Shown one piece after another: positions 40,610-52,300 of a stretch of 64,000 nucleotides of DNA (position 1 is its first letter; each line of letters opens with the position of its first letter). The position numbers and the translations under genes are program-made. The notes beneath the pieces are model-generated. The model did no database searches. It saw only the letters and a program-made list of their open reading frames with translations, and was not told the DNA's origin. Origin of the DNA: Flavobacteriaceae bacterium UBA3356 (GTDB taxonomy: Bacteria > Bacteroidota > Bacteroidia > Flavobacteriales > Flavobacteriaceae); contig DEQW01000003.1 of assembly GCA_002360635.1 (NCBI GenBank), forward strand, positions 370,552 through 434,551, read 5' to 3'.

Positions 40610-41814
40610 GACATTCTAGAACCGCCTAAATAGAAAGATATAGCGAAAGCTAGTATCGATATAATAGTTCCTGTAACAAATATGGTATAGGTCCATCTTA
40701 AAATACGATATTTACGATCTAACACCTTACCTAAAAAGTACAAATCTTTGGTTAATGCAGTATAAACGTAATCACGGTCTTTAAGTAATTCTTGCATTGC
40801 CCATTCGTATTCTTGAAGTTCCATGCGATGGAAATTTCCGAAGAAAGCTAGGTTTACACTTTTATTGTCAACATCTTCTTTCGTGAACTCGCCTCTCGTA
40901 ACATTGGGGCGTGTAGCTATTACCGATAAAATCATTGTAATAGCACTGAAAATAACGAATATTGCCGTCGGTATTATTAAATAATCGTTGGAAGGATTGT
41001 CTAGTTTTGAAAGTAAATTAGAGAGTACCAACGAAATGATAATGGCATTTACCGAAAGCAGTATGTTTGCTTTGGTATCGGCAATATCACTTAATTTAAT
41101 GTGGTTTCTAAGCGCAGTTCTATAAAAGGTTTGAATGCCTCGATCTACGCTTTTATCTTTATATTTAGCCTTTAATTGGGCTTTAACTTCTTCTTTCTTT
41201 ATTTTCTTTTTTATTTTTTTGTTCTTGCCTATTAAATCAGCCAAGTTTTCTTGTTTGGTATTTTGCCAATTGTTTAAAGCATAAGAAGTATAAAACTTGT
41301 GTTTGTTTATAAGAAGATCGATGTTTTCGTCCCGCCATTCTTGAGGGGTATAGTTTTTAATGTTCTGGGCAATGTATTCTTGCCTTAAAAACTCACTGGC
41401 CTCTTCAAAATAGTCTTTCCCAAAATGCGAAGAGTCTGCATCGCGCATTATTTCCTCCATATGATCTTTGGGAGTTGTGTTTTTAAACTTGGTAGCCATG
41501 ATGCATTTTTCAACGCCATCGATAATGTCTTTTTCAACATCTTTAGACTCCAGAAACTCACGTGCAATTTTTACGCTCTCTTCTTCGTGGCCTTCCCGTT
41601 TAACAATGTATCCCGTGTCGTGCAGTATGGCGGCCAATTTAAGGATGGTGGCATCTTTAACAGAAATTTGTGAGTCTTCAATAATTTCGTTTATACTTTT
41701 ATAAACACGTTTTGTGTGCGAATAGTTATGATAAACAAAGGTGTTGGGTAACTTTTCCTTAAAGAGGTTAAGTACAAAATTATCCGCTTCTTCAATTATA
41801 TCTTTGTCGCTCAT
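40606..41814 (-). CDS. HD domain + Pycsar-effector-like (DUF5706/PycTM) membrane protein
   Basis: YHN..H, AAILHDTGY, DADSSH HD motifs; ADTKANILL, RP, LAFFG, RKY..LR plus three TM helices. Confidence 0.88.
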   Translation of the reverse strand: MSDKDIIEEADNFVLNLFKEKLPNTFVYHNYSHTKRVYKSINEIIEDSQISVKDATILKLAAILHDTGYIVKREGHEEESVKIAREFLESKDVEKDIIDGVEKCIMATKFKNTTPKDHMEEIMRDADSSHFGKDYFEEASEFLRQEYIAQNIKNYTPQEWRDENIDLLINKHKFYTSYALNNWQNTKQENLADLIGKNKKIKKKIKKEEVKAQLKAKYKDKSVDRGIQTFYRTALRNHIKLSDIADTKANILLSVNAIIISLVLSNLLSKLDNPSNDYLIIPTAIFVIFSAITMILSVIATRPNVTRGEFTKEDVDNKSVNLAFFGNFHRMELQEYEWAMQELLKDRDYVYTALTKDLYFLGKVLDRKYRILRWTYTIFVTGTIISILAFAISFYLGGSRMS

Positions 41815-41869
41815 AAAATCTCAGTTTTAAATATCCAAATTACTAAAAATACCACGCTTTAATTTGCTT

Positions 41870-44800
41870 ATGAAAAAAATTAACATCTTTATAACTTTTA
41901 TCACTGCACTATTGTTTTTCTCTTGTGCAACCTACCAACCTCAATACTCTTCAACCTACCAGACCAATTCTTTTTCTAGTGATGGAAAAGAAGTAGAAAA
42001 AACATTCTACTTAATGGGCGATGCGGGTTATTTATCCATAGGTGAAACAGAAAAAAACTTAGCGCTACAATCTTTCAAAAAGTATATAGCAGATAAAAAC
42101 ACAGAAAATGATAATCTGTTATTCCTTGGAAACAGCTTTTTTCCAGAAGGGCTCCCCGAAGATGATAGTCCTGAAAAAGAGAAAGCAAAACAAATTATAA
42201 AGCAGCAATTAGACGCTATTGAAAGTTTTAAAGGTACTGTTAATGTGTTGCCGGGTAACCTCGATTGGAAATCTGGTGTTGATGGTCTAGAATTAGAAGA
42301 AGACTTGTTGAAAGAAGCTTTAAATTCAGATTCTGTGTTAGAACCAAATAACGGATGTCCACTTGAAGAAGTGGAAATCAACGATTCGGTTCATTTAATA
42401 ATGATCGACACACAATGGTATATAGAAAACTGGGACAAGCACCCAAAAATGAATGACAAATGCCAGATTAAAAACCGAGCTAAGTTTTTAGTTGAACTAG
42501 AGGGCGAGCTTAAAAAAGCAAAGCAAAAAACAATAATCTTAGCGATGCACCACCCATTGTACACCAATGGTAAACATGGAGGGAAATTCCCAGCCAAAAA
42601 TCATTTACTGCCAGTTCCAGGTTTGGCATCCTTAATTACGCAAGTAAGAAGCCAAGGGGCAATATCTTCACAAGACAGATATAATGAAGCTTACAGCGAA
42701 TTAATGGGCAGAATTGAAGTGTTGGTGAAAGATCATAAAAATTTGGTTCTCGTTTCAGGTCACGATCGTTCATTGCAATATATTGAAGGAGCCAATGCAA
42801 AACAAGTTATTTCGGGATCTGCAGGAGATGCCACAGCTGCAGCTTTGGGTGAAAACGGAGAATTTTCATATGGTGGACAAGGTTTCAGTAAAGTGACTAT
42901 TTACAAAGATGGTTCAACTTCAGTTACATTTTTTAAAGCTGAAGAAGATGGAAGTTCAACCATTGTATTTGAAAAGGAAATTATAGCTCCAGAAAGAAAA
43001 TATAACGTTTCAAAATTACCAAATACATTTCCTAAAACCGTAAAAGCTGCTGTGTATAGCGATAGCTTGGTAAATAGAAGCAGTTTCTTTAAGACAGTTT
43101 GGGGCGACCATTATCGTAAAGTGTACGGCAAAGAAGTGTTAGCACCAACAGTAGATTTAGATACACTATACGGCGGCCTGACCGTAGAACGTGCTGGCGG
43201 AGGCCACCAAACAGTTTCACTTCGTTTAGTAGATAAAGAAGGTCACGATTATAATATGCGGGCGTTAAAAAAGAGTGCGGTACAATTTTTACAGACCGTA
43301 ATTCTTAAAAATGAAGTAATTGAAAGTGACTTTAAAAACACGCTCCCAGAAGACTTAATTTTAGATTTTTATACGGCGGCCCATCCATATGGAGCTTTTG
43401 CCATTCCAAAATTGGCAGATGCGGCAAAAGTGTTCCATACCAACCCCAAGTTGTTTTATGTTCCCAAACAAAAGGCGCTTGGTAAGTTTAATGAAACGTA
43501 TGGAGATGAATTGTATATGATTGTTGAACGTCCTGACGAAGAATATGACGAGGCTATTTTTGATTACGCTGAAGATATTATTAGTACCGATGATGTACTT
43601 GAAGAAATAAGAAAGGATGAAGAAAATAAAATAAACCAGAAAGCATACATTCGTGCCCGGATGTTCGATATGTTGATTGGAGATTGGGATCGCCATAACG
43701 ATCAGTGGCGATTTGCCTTACAAGAAGATGAAGACGGAAATAAAATATACACGCCAATCCCACGGGATAGAGATCAGGTTTTTGCAAACTTTGATGGCGG
43801 ATTGTTAGATGCAGTACGTACATTGTTTAGTACGGCTCGGCAATTTCAAGTGTACGGGCCAGAATTAAAACATACCAAGTGGTTTAATAGTGCCGGAATA
43901 AAGTTAGACCGCGCATTAGCCGAAAACTACGGAAGAGAAGAATGGATGGCTCAAGCAGAATACATTAAAGAAAATGTAACCGATGAAGTTATAGAAAATG
44001 CGTTTAATGATTTGCCTAAAGAAGTGCAAGATGAAACTGCTGAAGAAATTAAAGAAAACCTAAAAGGAAGGCGCGATAATATTGTAAGAATTGCTTCAGA
44101 ATATTACGACTACTTTTCAAATCTTCAAATTTTAACGGGTACCGATAAGGATGATATTTTCGAAATCACCCGACTTCCAGAAGGAAAAACAAATATCAAG
44201 GCTTATAGAATAAAAGATGGTGAAAAAGGAGACCTTATTCTTGATAGGACGTTTTCAAAAGATGACACCAAAGAGCTTTGGGTTTATGGACTCGATGATG
44301 ATGATGTTTTTGAAGTAAAAGGAAAAGGTAGCCGTCCAATTTTTACCCGAATTATTGGTGGACAAAATAACGACACCTACGATATTGAAAACGGAAGTAG
44401 AATAAAGGTTTATGACCAAAAAAGTAAGAAAAACACCATTAAAAATAAAGGTGGTGCAGCTTTTAGGATTACCAATAATTACAATTTCAATACCTACGAT
44501 TATATAAAAGAAAACAAAACCATAAACCTCTTATTACCGGCGTTTGGTTACAATGCAGATGATGGATTTTTAATTGGACTTTCTGATACGTTTACCGTTC
44601 ATGGCTTTCAGGAAAACCCATTTAAACAAAAGCATAGTGTAAAAGCAGGGTACTATTTTGCTACTGAAAGCTTTGATGTAAATTATAGCGGTGAGTTTGC
44701 CAATATTTTCTCAGATTGGAATTTCCTCTTAGAAGGACATTTCCGTAACCCAAATTTTTCTGAAAACTTTTTTGGCTTCGGAAATGAAACTGAAAATTTT

Positions 44801-45556
44801 GATGACGATCTAGGGAACGATTATAACCGAGTGCGTATAGGAAGTTATGGCGGCGCATTAGGAATTAAAAAAGATGGACGATATGGAAGTGCAATTGAGT
44901 TTAAAGCAAAATTTGAAGGTGTTGAAGTAGAAGATACCGACGGTAGATTTATTTCAGATATTGGATACCTAGATGTTGAGGAAAGAAAGTATTTTGCATC
45001 AGCTGAAGGTACATACACCTATGAAAGTTTTGACAATAAAGCCAATCCTGGTAGGGGAATGCATGCAAGTTTAACAGCAGGAGGAACTCAAAACATCGAT
45101 GATAGTGATCGTATTTTTGGATATGTAATTCCGAAATTAACTTTTTACAACGCATTGACAAAAGACAAAAAGCTGGTTTTAAACACCAAAGCAGTTGGTC
45201 ACTTTAACGTCGGAAATAATTTTGAGTTTTACCAAGGAGCCCAATTGGGTAGAGACTATGGTCTTCGAGGGTACCGTAGGGATCGCTTTACCGGTCGTAG
45301 TGCCGTAGCTGGAGGAGCAGATCTACGATACAGCTTTAATAGTTTTAGAACTGCCGTAACACCAATACAAATAGGTGTATTTGCTGGATATGATGCTGGT
45401 AGGGTATGGGTTCCTAATGATACTTCAGATGTATGGCACGATAGCTATGGTGGTGGTTTTTGGATTAATGCTGCCGATTTATTAAGTGGTACTGTTAATA
45501 TTTTTACATCAGATGAAGGTGTTCAGTTTTCTTTTAAAGTAGCTTTTTCAATGTAA
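41870..45556 (+). CDS. metallophosphoesterase(degenerate)-kinase-like-Omp85 lipoprotein, paralog 1
   Basis: Lipobox FFSC; GDAG/GNS/GNLD/HHP/GHDR; GGGHQT, ALKK, DRHNDQW, PRDRDQVF; barrel LRGYR..RF.G. Confidence 0.85.
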   Translation: MKKINIFITFITALLFFSCATYQPQYSSTYQTNSFSSDGKEVEKTFYLMGDAGYLSIGETEKNLALQSFKKYIADKNTENDNLLFLGNSFFPEGLPEDDSPEKEKAKQIIKQQLDAIESFKGTVNVLPGNLDWKSGVDGLELEEDLLKEALNSDSVLEPNNGCPLEEVEINDSVHLIMIDTQWYIENWDKHPKMNDKCQIKNRAKFLVELEGELKKAKQKTIILAMHHPLYTNGKHGGKFPAKNHLLPVPGLASLITQVRSQGAISSQDRYNEAYSELMGRIEVLVKDHKNLVLVSGHDRSLQYIEGANAKQVISGSAGDATAAALGENGEFSYGGQGFSKVTIYKDGSTSVTFFKAEEDGSSTIVFEKEIIAPERKYNVSKLPNTFPKTVKAAVYSDSLVNRSSFFKTVWGDHYRKVYGKEVLAPTVDLDTLYGGLTVERAGGGHQTVSLRLVDKEGHDYNMRALKKSAVQFLQTVILKNEVIESDFKNTLPEDLILDFYTAAHPYGAFAIPKLADAAKVFHTNPKLFYVPKQKALGKFNETYGDELYMIVERPDEEYDEAIFDYAEDIISTDDVLEEIRKDEENKINQKAYIRARMFDMLIGDWDRHNDQWRFALQEDEDGNKIYTPIPRDRDQVFANFDGGLLDAVRTLFSTARQFQVYGPELKHTKWFNSAGIKLDRALAENYGREEWMAQAEYIKENVTDEVIENAFNDLPKEVQDETAEEIKENLKGRRDNIVRIASEYYDYFSNLQILTGTDKDDIFEITRLPEGKTNIKAYRIKDGEKGDLILDRTFSKDDTKELWVYGLDDDDVFEVKGKGSRPIFTRIIGGQNNDTYDIENGSRIKVYDQKSKKNTIKNKGGAAFRITNNYNFNTYDYIKENKTINLLLPAFGYNADDGFLIGLSDTFTVHGFQENPFKQKHSVKAGYYFATESFDVNYSGEFANIFSDWNFLLEGHFRNPNFSENFFGFGNETENFDDDLGNDYNRVRIGSYGGALGIKKDGRYGSAIEFKAKFEGVEVEDTDGRFISDIGYLDVEERKYFASAEGTYTYESFDNKANPGRGMHASLTAGGTQNIDDSDRIFGYVIPKLTFYNALTKDKKLVLNTKAVGHFNVGNNFEFYQGAQLGRDYGLRGYRRDRFTGRSAVAGGADLRYSFNSFRTAVTPIQIGVFAGYDAGRVWVPNDTSDVWHDSYGGGFWINAADLLSGTVNIFTSDEGVQFSFKVAFSM

Positions 45557-45578
45557 ATCAAGAATATTAATATTGCTT

Positions 45579-48500
45579 ATGCGTTTCAAAAAGACAGCCC
45601 TTTTTTTAACTTTTATAACACTAGTAAGTGCTTGTGCTTCCTATGAACCTCAGTATAAAAACCCTGAGGCAGAGGCGTTATTTCCTTCAGATAAAAAAAT
45701 AGAACGAACTTTTTATTTAGTTGGTGATGCTGGTATTTCGCCTGCAAATAGAATGAGCAAGGGGCTTACTGTTTTTAATAATTATTTGAAAGAACACCCA
45801 ACTAAAACAAGTGATCACGCAATCTTTTTGGGCGATAATATTTACGATAACGGGATGCCCGCAGAAGGCCATCCAGATAGGGAAATCAGTGAATACTATA
45901 TGGACAACCAGTTTAAAGCATTAGAAGACTTTAAAGGGCAAACCTATATTATTCCCGGAAACCACGAATATTATTCAGGAGGGCTTGTCGGGCTTAAGCG
46001 CGAACAAGAGTACGTTCAAAAACATTTAGACTCTTTGTCTTTTCAGCCTACAGGAGGATGTCCATTGATAAATTTTTCAGTTTCAGAAAATGTTGAATTA
46101 TTAATTCTTGACTCACAATGGTATCTTGAAGACTGGAATAGCGATCCAGATTTCAACAAAAACTGCGAAATTAAAACGCGTGAAAAACTGTTTATTGAAA
46201 TAGCCAATGAACTTGAAAAGAATAAAAATAAAACGGTTCTTTTTGCTATGCACCATCCTATGTTTACCAATGGTACACATGGTGGCTATTTTGCTTTAGA
46301 AAAACATTTGTACCCTACACAAAGTAAGTTTCCATTGCCTATACTTTCATCTTTAGTGGTGCAAATACGTTCACAGGGTGGAGTGTCAGTTCAAGATAGG
46401 TACAATGAACTTTATAACAAGTTGATGAACCGTTTGGCTTCTTTAGCTAAAGATCATGGTCGGGTGGTTTTTACTTCTGGTCACGAACATACTCTTCAGC
46501 ACGTAGAAAAAGAGGGATTGGTACAAATACTTTCAGGTTCAGGTGGTAAATCATCACATGCGGCTTTAGGACAGAATGGGGTTTTTAGTTATGGTGGACA
46601 AGGCTTCGCTATTTTTGATATTTTAGAAGATGGATCTTCATTTGTAAGGTATTATGGTGGAACGGAAGACGACCAACCAAAACTGTTGTTTCAGAAAGAA
46701 GTATTTCCTTCTAATAAAACCTACCCTGCTTCTGTCTTGCCAAATAATTATGAGGCTACCAAAGAAGTTGCTATTTACGAGCAAGATAGTGTTAGTGAGG
46801 CCTTGTTTTTCAAAACAGTTTGGGGTGCTAAATATAAGGACGCCTATACTAATAAAGTCACAGCAAAAATTACATCATTAGATACACTTTATGGTGGTCT
46901 AGAAGTAATACGGGAAACAGGTAATGAAGAATATGATGCTTTAATTTTGGAAGACAAAAGAGGCAATAGGTACCGAATGCGTGCAATGAAGCAAAATGCT
47001 TTGGAGTTTTCACAAAAAATAGTTTTTGAAGAAGATACAGAAACTGAAAAAATAGATAAAGAAGACTCAAAAGTAGCTCCTAAAAATACCTTTGGCGTAG
47101 ATTTTTATACCGCAACCCATCCGTATGCACCACTTGCTCTCCCAACATTGGCAAAGGCTGCCAATATTTTTCATAATCAGACAGAACTATTCTATATCCC
47201 CAAACAAAAACAATTAGGAGTTTACAATGAAAAATTTGGAGACGCCCTTTATTTACTTACTACACAACCTGCTGAAAGCACTAAAGGTGAACCTCTTTTT
47301 GAGTATCCCGACGATATTGAAACAGCAGATGATATTCTTATAAAACTTCGAAGAGGCCGAGAGGTTTCAATAGATGAAGAAAACTTTATACGTTCCCGTT
47401 TATTTGATATGCTCGTGGGCGACTGGGATAGGGAACCAGGCCACTGGCGATGGGCAGAATACTTACGTCAAGATAGTGTAAATGTCTTTGTTCCCATACC
47501 AAGAAACAGGGATGATGCTTTTTCTAGCTTTGAAGGAAATGTGCTTGATATTGCAAGATCTATATTTGGTAGAACCTATGAAAAACAGGTGTATAATGAA
47601 AACCTACGAGACATACGATGGTTTAATAAAGAAGGAATTATATTAGACCGTGCTCTTCTAAAAAAATCAGGAAGGGAAGAATGGATTAATGCTGCAAAAA
47701 ACTTACAAAAAGTAATTTCAGACTCTATTATTGAAACCGCTTTTTCAACCATTCCCCGAAGCGTAAATAATGAATCTTTACAAGATATAATTACCGCCTT
47801 AAAAGGGAGAAGGGACAATCTTGAAAAAATTGCCGACAGGTATTACTCTTATTTGGCAAAATTACAAACTATTGAAGGAACCAATAAAAGAGACTTCTTT
47901 CAGGTAACTAGGTTGGCTGATGGAAAAACAAATGTACGGACTTACAATTTTCCTTCAGACGATAGAGGGATGTTAGTGGCAGACCGAACATTTCTTGCTT
48001 CAGAAACAAATCAGATTTGGATTTATGGTTTGGATGAAGAAGATATTTTTGAAGTGACTGGAACGGGCGATAATCCAATATTTGTAAGGTTAATTGGTGG
48101 TCATGGCAATGATGTGTATCGACTGATTGAAGGAAAAAAAGTAAAGGTGTATGATCACGAAAGTAAAGAAAATACCGTTGAGGTTAAAAATGGAGGGAAT
48201 TTACGACTTACCGATGTATATACCTTAAATACATACGACTACCGGAAAAACATTCAAAACACACATGCGTATGCCGCGGCATTTGGTTACAACCCTGATG
48301 ATGGGTATAGAGCCGGATTACAGTATGTTTATCAAGTAAACAGCTTTCAGCAAAACCCTTTTTCACGCCGACATAGTTTAAATGTTGGTTACTATTTTGA
48401 CAGCGATAGTTTCGATGTAAGTTATGAAGGAGAAATAGCCAATATTAGAAATACACTGAATTTAAGTTTCGGTGGTCGTTTTACAGGTCCTACTTACGTG

Positions 48501-49295
48501 GTAAATTACTTTGGTTACGGAAATGAAACTATCAATCCAGAAGACGATTTAGGCTTTAATTATAACAGGGTTCAAGTACAAACGCTTATGGCAAAAGCGG
48601 GATTGCTGCGAAACTCAAACTTTGGTAGCTTTTTTAAATTGCAAGGTAAGTTTGAAGCAATTCGTGTAAATGACGATATACCAGGTATTACAAATATTCG
48701 CAGAGTTGATAAAACTGAAAATTTTGATCCATATGGTACCCTTGAAGGTATTTATAATTACCGTAGTTTTGACAACTTTAGAAATCCAACTATTGGTATG
48801 ATGTTCGACCTAAACACGGGTGTAACAGGTAATTTCGATAATTTTAAAAGAGTATTTGGGTTTTTGAAGACCCGGCTTGGTTTTTACAATAGCCTAACCA
48901 CCAATAAAAAGTGGGTGTTAAAGACTAATGTTCGGGCAAAGTTTAACTTCGGGAGTCAATTCGAATTTTTCCAAGCCATTAATTTAGGTGCAAACACAGG
49001 CCTTCGTGGTTTTAGGGAAGAGCGTTTTTCTGGAAAATCTTCATTGGTAGGAAGTGCCGATGTTCGTTACAGTTTTGATGAATTTAAAGTTGGGCTAATT
49101 CCGTTGCAAATAGGTCTTTATGGCGGAGCCGATTTAGGCCGTGTATGGACCCCTGAATTTGATTCAGAGAAATGGCACAACTCGTATGGCGGAGGCCTTT
49201 GGATTAATGGTAGCGGTGGTTTAACCGGTTCAGCTAGCCTATTTCACTCTGTAGAAGGAGCTCGCTTGGTATTCGGCTTAGGATTTGACTTTTAA
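45579..49295 (+). CDS. metallophosphoesterase(intact)-kinase-like(degenerate)-Omp85 lipoprotein, paralog 2
   Basis: Lipobox VSAC; GDAG/GDNIY/GNHE/HHP/GHEH all intact; kinase motifs altered; LRGFR..RF.G and C-terminal Phe. Confidence 0.85.
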   Translation: MRFKKTALFLTFITLVSACASYEPQYKNPEAEALFPSDKKIERTFYLVGDAGISPANRMSKGLTVFNNYLKEHPTKTSDHAIFLGDNIYDNGMPAEGHPDREISEYYMDNQFKALEDFKGQTYIIPGNHEYYSGGLVGLKREQEYVQKHLDSLSFQPTGGCPLINFSVSENVELLILDSQWYLEDWNSDPDFNKNCEIKTREKLFIEIANELEKNKNKTVLFAMHHPMFTNGTHGGYFALEKHLYPTQSKFPLPILSSLVVQIRSQGGVSVQDRYNELYNKLMNRLASLAKDHGRVVFTSGHEHTLQHVEKEGLVQILSGSGGKSSHAALGQNGVFSYGGQGFAIFDILEDGSSFVRYYGGTEDDQPKLLFQKEVFPSNKTYPASVLPNNYEATKEVAIYEQDSVSEALFFKTVWGAKYKDAYTNKVTAKITSLDTLYGGLEVIRETGNEEYDALILEDKRGNRYRMRAMKQNALEFSQKIVFEEDTETEKIDKEDSKVAPKNTFGVDFYTATHPYAPLALPTLAKAANIFHNQTELFYIPKQKQLGVYNEKFGDALYLLTTQPAESTKGEPLFEYPDDIETADDILIKLRRGREVSIDEENFIRSRLFDMLVGDWDREPGHWRWAEYLRQDSVNVFVPIPRNRDDAFSSFEGNVLDIARSIFGRTYEKQVYNENLRDIRWFNKEGIILDRALLKKSGREEWINAAKNLQKVISDSIIETAFSTIPRSVNNESLQDIITALKGRRDNLEKIADRYYSYLAKLQTIEGTNKRDFFQVTRLADGKTNVRTYNFPSDDRGMLVADRTFLASETNQIWIYGLDEEDIFEVTGTGDNPIFVRLIGGHGNDVYRLIEGKKVKVYDHESKENTVEVKNGGNLRLTDVYTLNTYDYRKNIQNTHAYAAAFGYNPDDGYRAGLQYVYQVNSFQQNPFSRRHSLNVGYYFDSDSFDVSYEGEIANIRNTLNLSFGGRFTGPTYVVNYFGYGNETINPEDDLGFNYNRVQVQTLMAKAGLLRNSNFGSFFKLQGKFEAIRVNDDIPGITNIRRVDKTENFDPYGTLEGIYNYRSFDNFRNPTIGMMFDLNTGVTGNFDNFKRVFGFLKTRLGFYNSLTTNKKWVLKTNVRAKFNFGSQFEFFQAINLGANTGLRGFREERFSGKSSLVGSADVRYSFDEFKVGLIPLQIGLYGGADLGRVWTPEFDSEKWHNSYGGGLWINGSGGLTGSASLFHSVEGARLVFGLGFDF

Positions 49296-49315
49296 GAAAC
49301 CCCATAACTTATTGT

Positions 49316-52300
49316 ATGAAATTATCCCCATTTTACTTAATACTTTCTTTTCTGCTTTTAGCTTCTTGCGCTACATCAAAACTACAAACACGATTAGATA
49401 GAACAATTGATGATACCTATAACGAAGAAAATGTAGTAAATACTATTTATGTAACAGGAAATGCTGCTAAAAATAATGAAACAACTTTGTCTGTTTTAAG
49501 TAAAACGATTGCGAATAATGCTTCCAAAGAAAAAAGCGTTCTTTTTATTGGGGATAATATAGATGCTGAAAACGGCGAGGAAGAAAAACTTAAAAAGCAG
49601 CTTGATCCTCAAATTCGAGTAGTAAAAACTACTGGGGCTACCCCTTATTTTTTACCAGGAAATTACGAATGGGATTTCAATAAAACCAAAGGGCTGGAAA
49701 CAATTGAAGATTACTTAAAAGAAAATTTTGAAGATGGCGATATCCTAACCCCAAATAACGGTTGCCCTTTAGAGAGTATTGAGCTTTCAGAAAACATACA
49801 ATTAATAGCGGTGGATAGCCAATGGTTTATTGAAGACTGGGACAAGAACCCCAATATGAATGATAAATGCCAGATTAAAACACGTGAAAAACTTCTCTTG
49901 GAAATTGCTGGTGAAATAAAGAAAAGCGCCAATAAAATAATAATTTTTGCGATGCACCATCCTATGTTCACGAATGGTTTTCATGGAGGGCGATTTTCAT
50001 TTCGGGATCATATTTTTCCATTGCAAGGTAACATTCCATTGCCGGGTGTAGGAACACTCATTACCGAAATTCGTTCACAAGGTGGTGTGTCTAAGCAAAA
50101 CCGCTTTAACTATCGGTATAGTGAGCTTATGAAGGAACTTGAAATCTTACTGAATAAGCCCGACCATCGTATTCTAATAGTTTCAGGGCACGAGGAAAAC
50201 CTTCAGTATATCGAAGAAGGAAACTTTAAACAGTTGGTTAGTGGCGCTGCATCTACTACTAAACCAGTTTCGTTAAGTGACAATGGTATTTTTTCATACG
50301 GAAAACAAGGCTTTGCTTCTGTTGAAATAACAGATAAAGGAAGTGTTTGGGTCTCTTTTCATGCTTCGGAAGAAAAAAAAGACACATCAAATCTATTATT
50401 CAGAAGAAAAATTTTCCAGCCAATTGAAGAGCCAAAAACCGAATCGTATCCCAAAACATATCCGCGAACGTATACCGCTTCAGTTTACGATATTGAAAAA
50501 GTAGAAAAATCTGATTTTTTCAAATCCTTTTGGGGGCAACATTATCGAGATGTTTATGGAACGAAGGTAAAGGCATCTACAGCTTTACTAGATACTCTTT
50601 ATGGGGGATTAGAAGTGGTAAGGCCAGGAGGCGGACATCAAACGCGTTCCTTAAGGTTAGTGACAAAAGATGGTAAAGAATATAATATGCGTGCCCTTAA
50701 AAAGAGTGCTGTTCAACTATTGGAAACAACAACTTTTAATGGAATTGACGCTGAAAAATATTTCAGCAATACAGTACCGGAGGATTTAATTCTAGATTTT
50801 TACACAGCAGCACATCCCTATGGGGCATTTGCAATTCCAAAACTGGCCAAAGCGGCGGGTGTATATTATACCACGCCAGAATTGTATTACGTACCTAAGC
50901 AGCAGCGTTTAGAAAAGTATAATGAAGGCTACGGTAATCAATTGTATATGATTGTAGAACGTCCTGCGGAAGAGTATGAAAACCGTAAAAGCTTTGGATA
51001 TCCAGATAATGTGGAAAGCACAGACGACTTATTGGAAAAACTCAGGGAAGACGAGGACCATACCTTAGACGAAGCGACGTATATTCGAGCACGTATTTTT
51101 GATATGTTGATTGGCGATTGGGACAGACATAGCGATCAATGGCGTTGGTCAGAGTTTGAAGATGAGGATGGGAAGTTACAGTTTATACCCATTCCACGGG
51201 ATCGAGATCAGGTTTTTGCCAATTTTGACGGTAGCTTTTTAAACTTACTTAGAAAGTTATCTGGTTCAATAAATCAGTTCGGTATTTATAACGAAGATAT
51301 TAAGGATGTCGCTTGGTTTAATAAAGCAGGTTCAAAGTTAGACCGTGCCCTTATTAAACGAAGTGATAAGTCAACTTGGATTGAGGAAGCTAAAAAAATG
51401 CAAAAAGCAATTGACGAAGAAATTTTAGACAACGCTTTTAAGGACCTTCCTGTGGAAGTACAAGACACAACTAGTAGCGAGATAAAAAAATCATTTCTAA
51501 AAAGAAAAGAAAACCTTGTAAACATTGTAGAACGCTATTATCACGAGTTTATAAAATTTCAAATGTTGACAGGAACCGATAAAGATGATCATTTTGTTAT
51601 AAACCGTCAGCCCAATGGAAAAACACAAATAACTGCCTATAGAATAAAAGATGGGGAAAAAGGCGATGTATTGTTTGATAGGGTTTTTAACTCAGAAGAA
51701 ACAAAAGAGATTTGGTTGTATGGATTGGACGATGATGATGTTTTTGAAGTAAACGGTGTAGCAGAAAAAGCAATTTTAATACGATTAATAGGAGGGCAAG
51801 ATGATGATATTTATAACATTTCAGAAGGAAAAAAAATTGTAGTGTATGATAATAAAGATGATGAGGTAGAAATAAAAAATAAAGGTGGAGCCCGTTTTAA
51901 AACCACTAATATTTATGAAGCCAATAGCTATGATTACACGAAGAAGAAATCTTCTGCCAGTACCATTAGCTTGAAAACACTGTATAATAACGATACAGGA
52001 GTTTCTTTAAAAGCTTCTTACACGAATGATAAGTTTAACTTTATAAAAAACCCATACAGCAAAAGAACCAATATTTCACTTGATTATAATTTTCAAACCA
52101 CAGGATTTGATATTGACTTTTTAAAAGGGTTTGCGGCGGTAGTTAACGATTTTAATTTTGTGATAGATGGTAGGTATACCTCTTTAGATTATACTGAAAA
52201 CTTTTTTGGCTTCGGAAATGAAACAATTAATCCTGAAGATGATTTAGGGCTAAACTACAACCGTATTCAAATGGAAGGAATTCACGGCGGGCTGGCACTT

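Noticed and set aside
38231-41814. Calling this a bona fide Pycsar antiphage system
   Set aside because: Genes are convergent rather than operonic, the cyclase call is only motif-level, and there are no defence or mobile neighbours; reported as a hypothesis only.
44761-52224. 30-bp exact match between paralog 1 (44761-44790) and paralog 3 (52195-52224) as gene conversion
   Set aside because: It encodes the conserved ENFFGFGNET motif in an AT-biased genome; flanks diverge, so evidence is insufficient.
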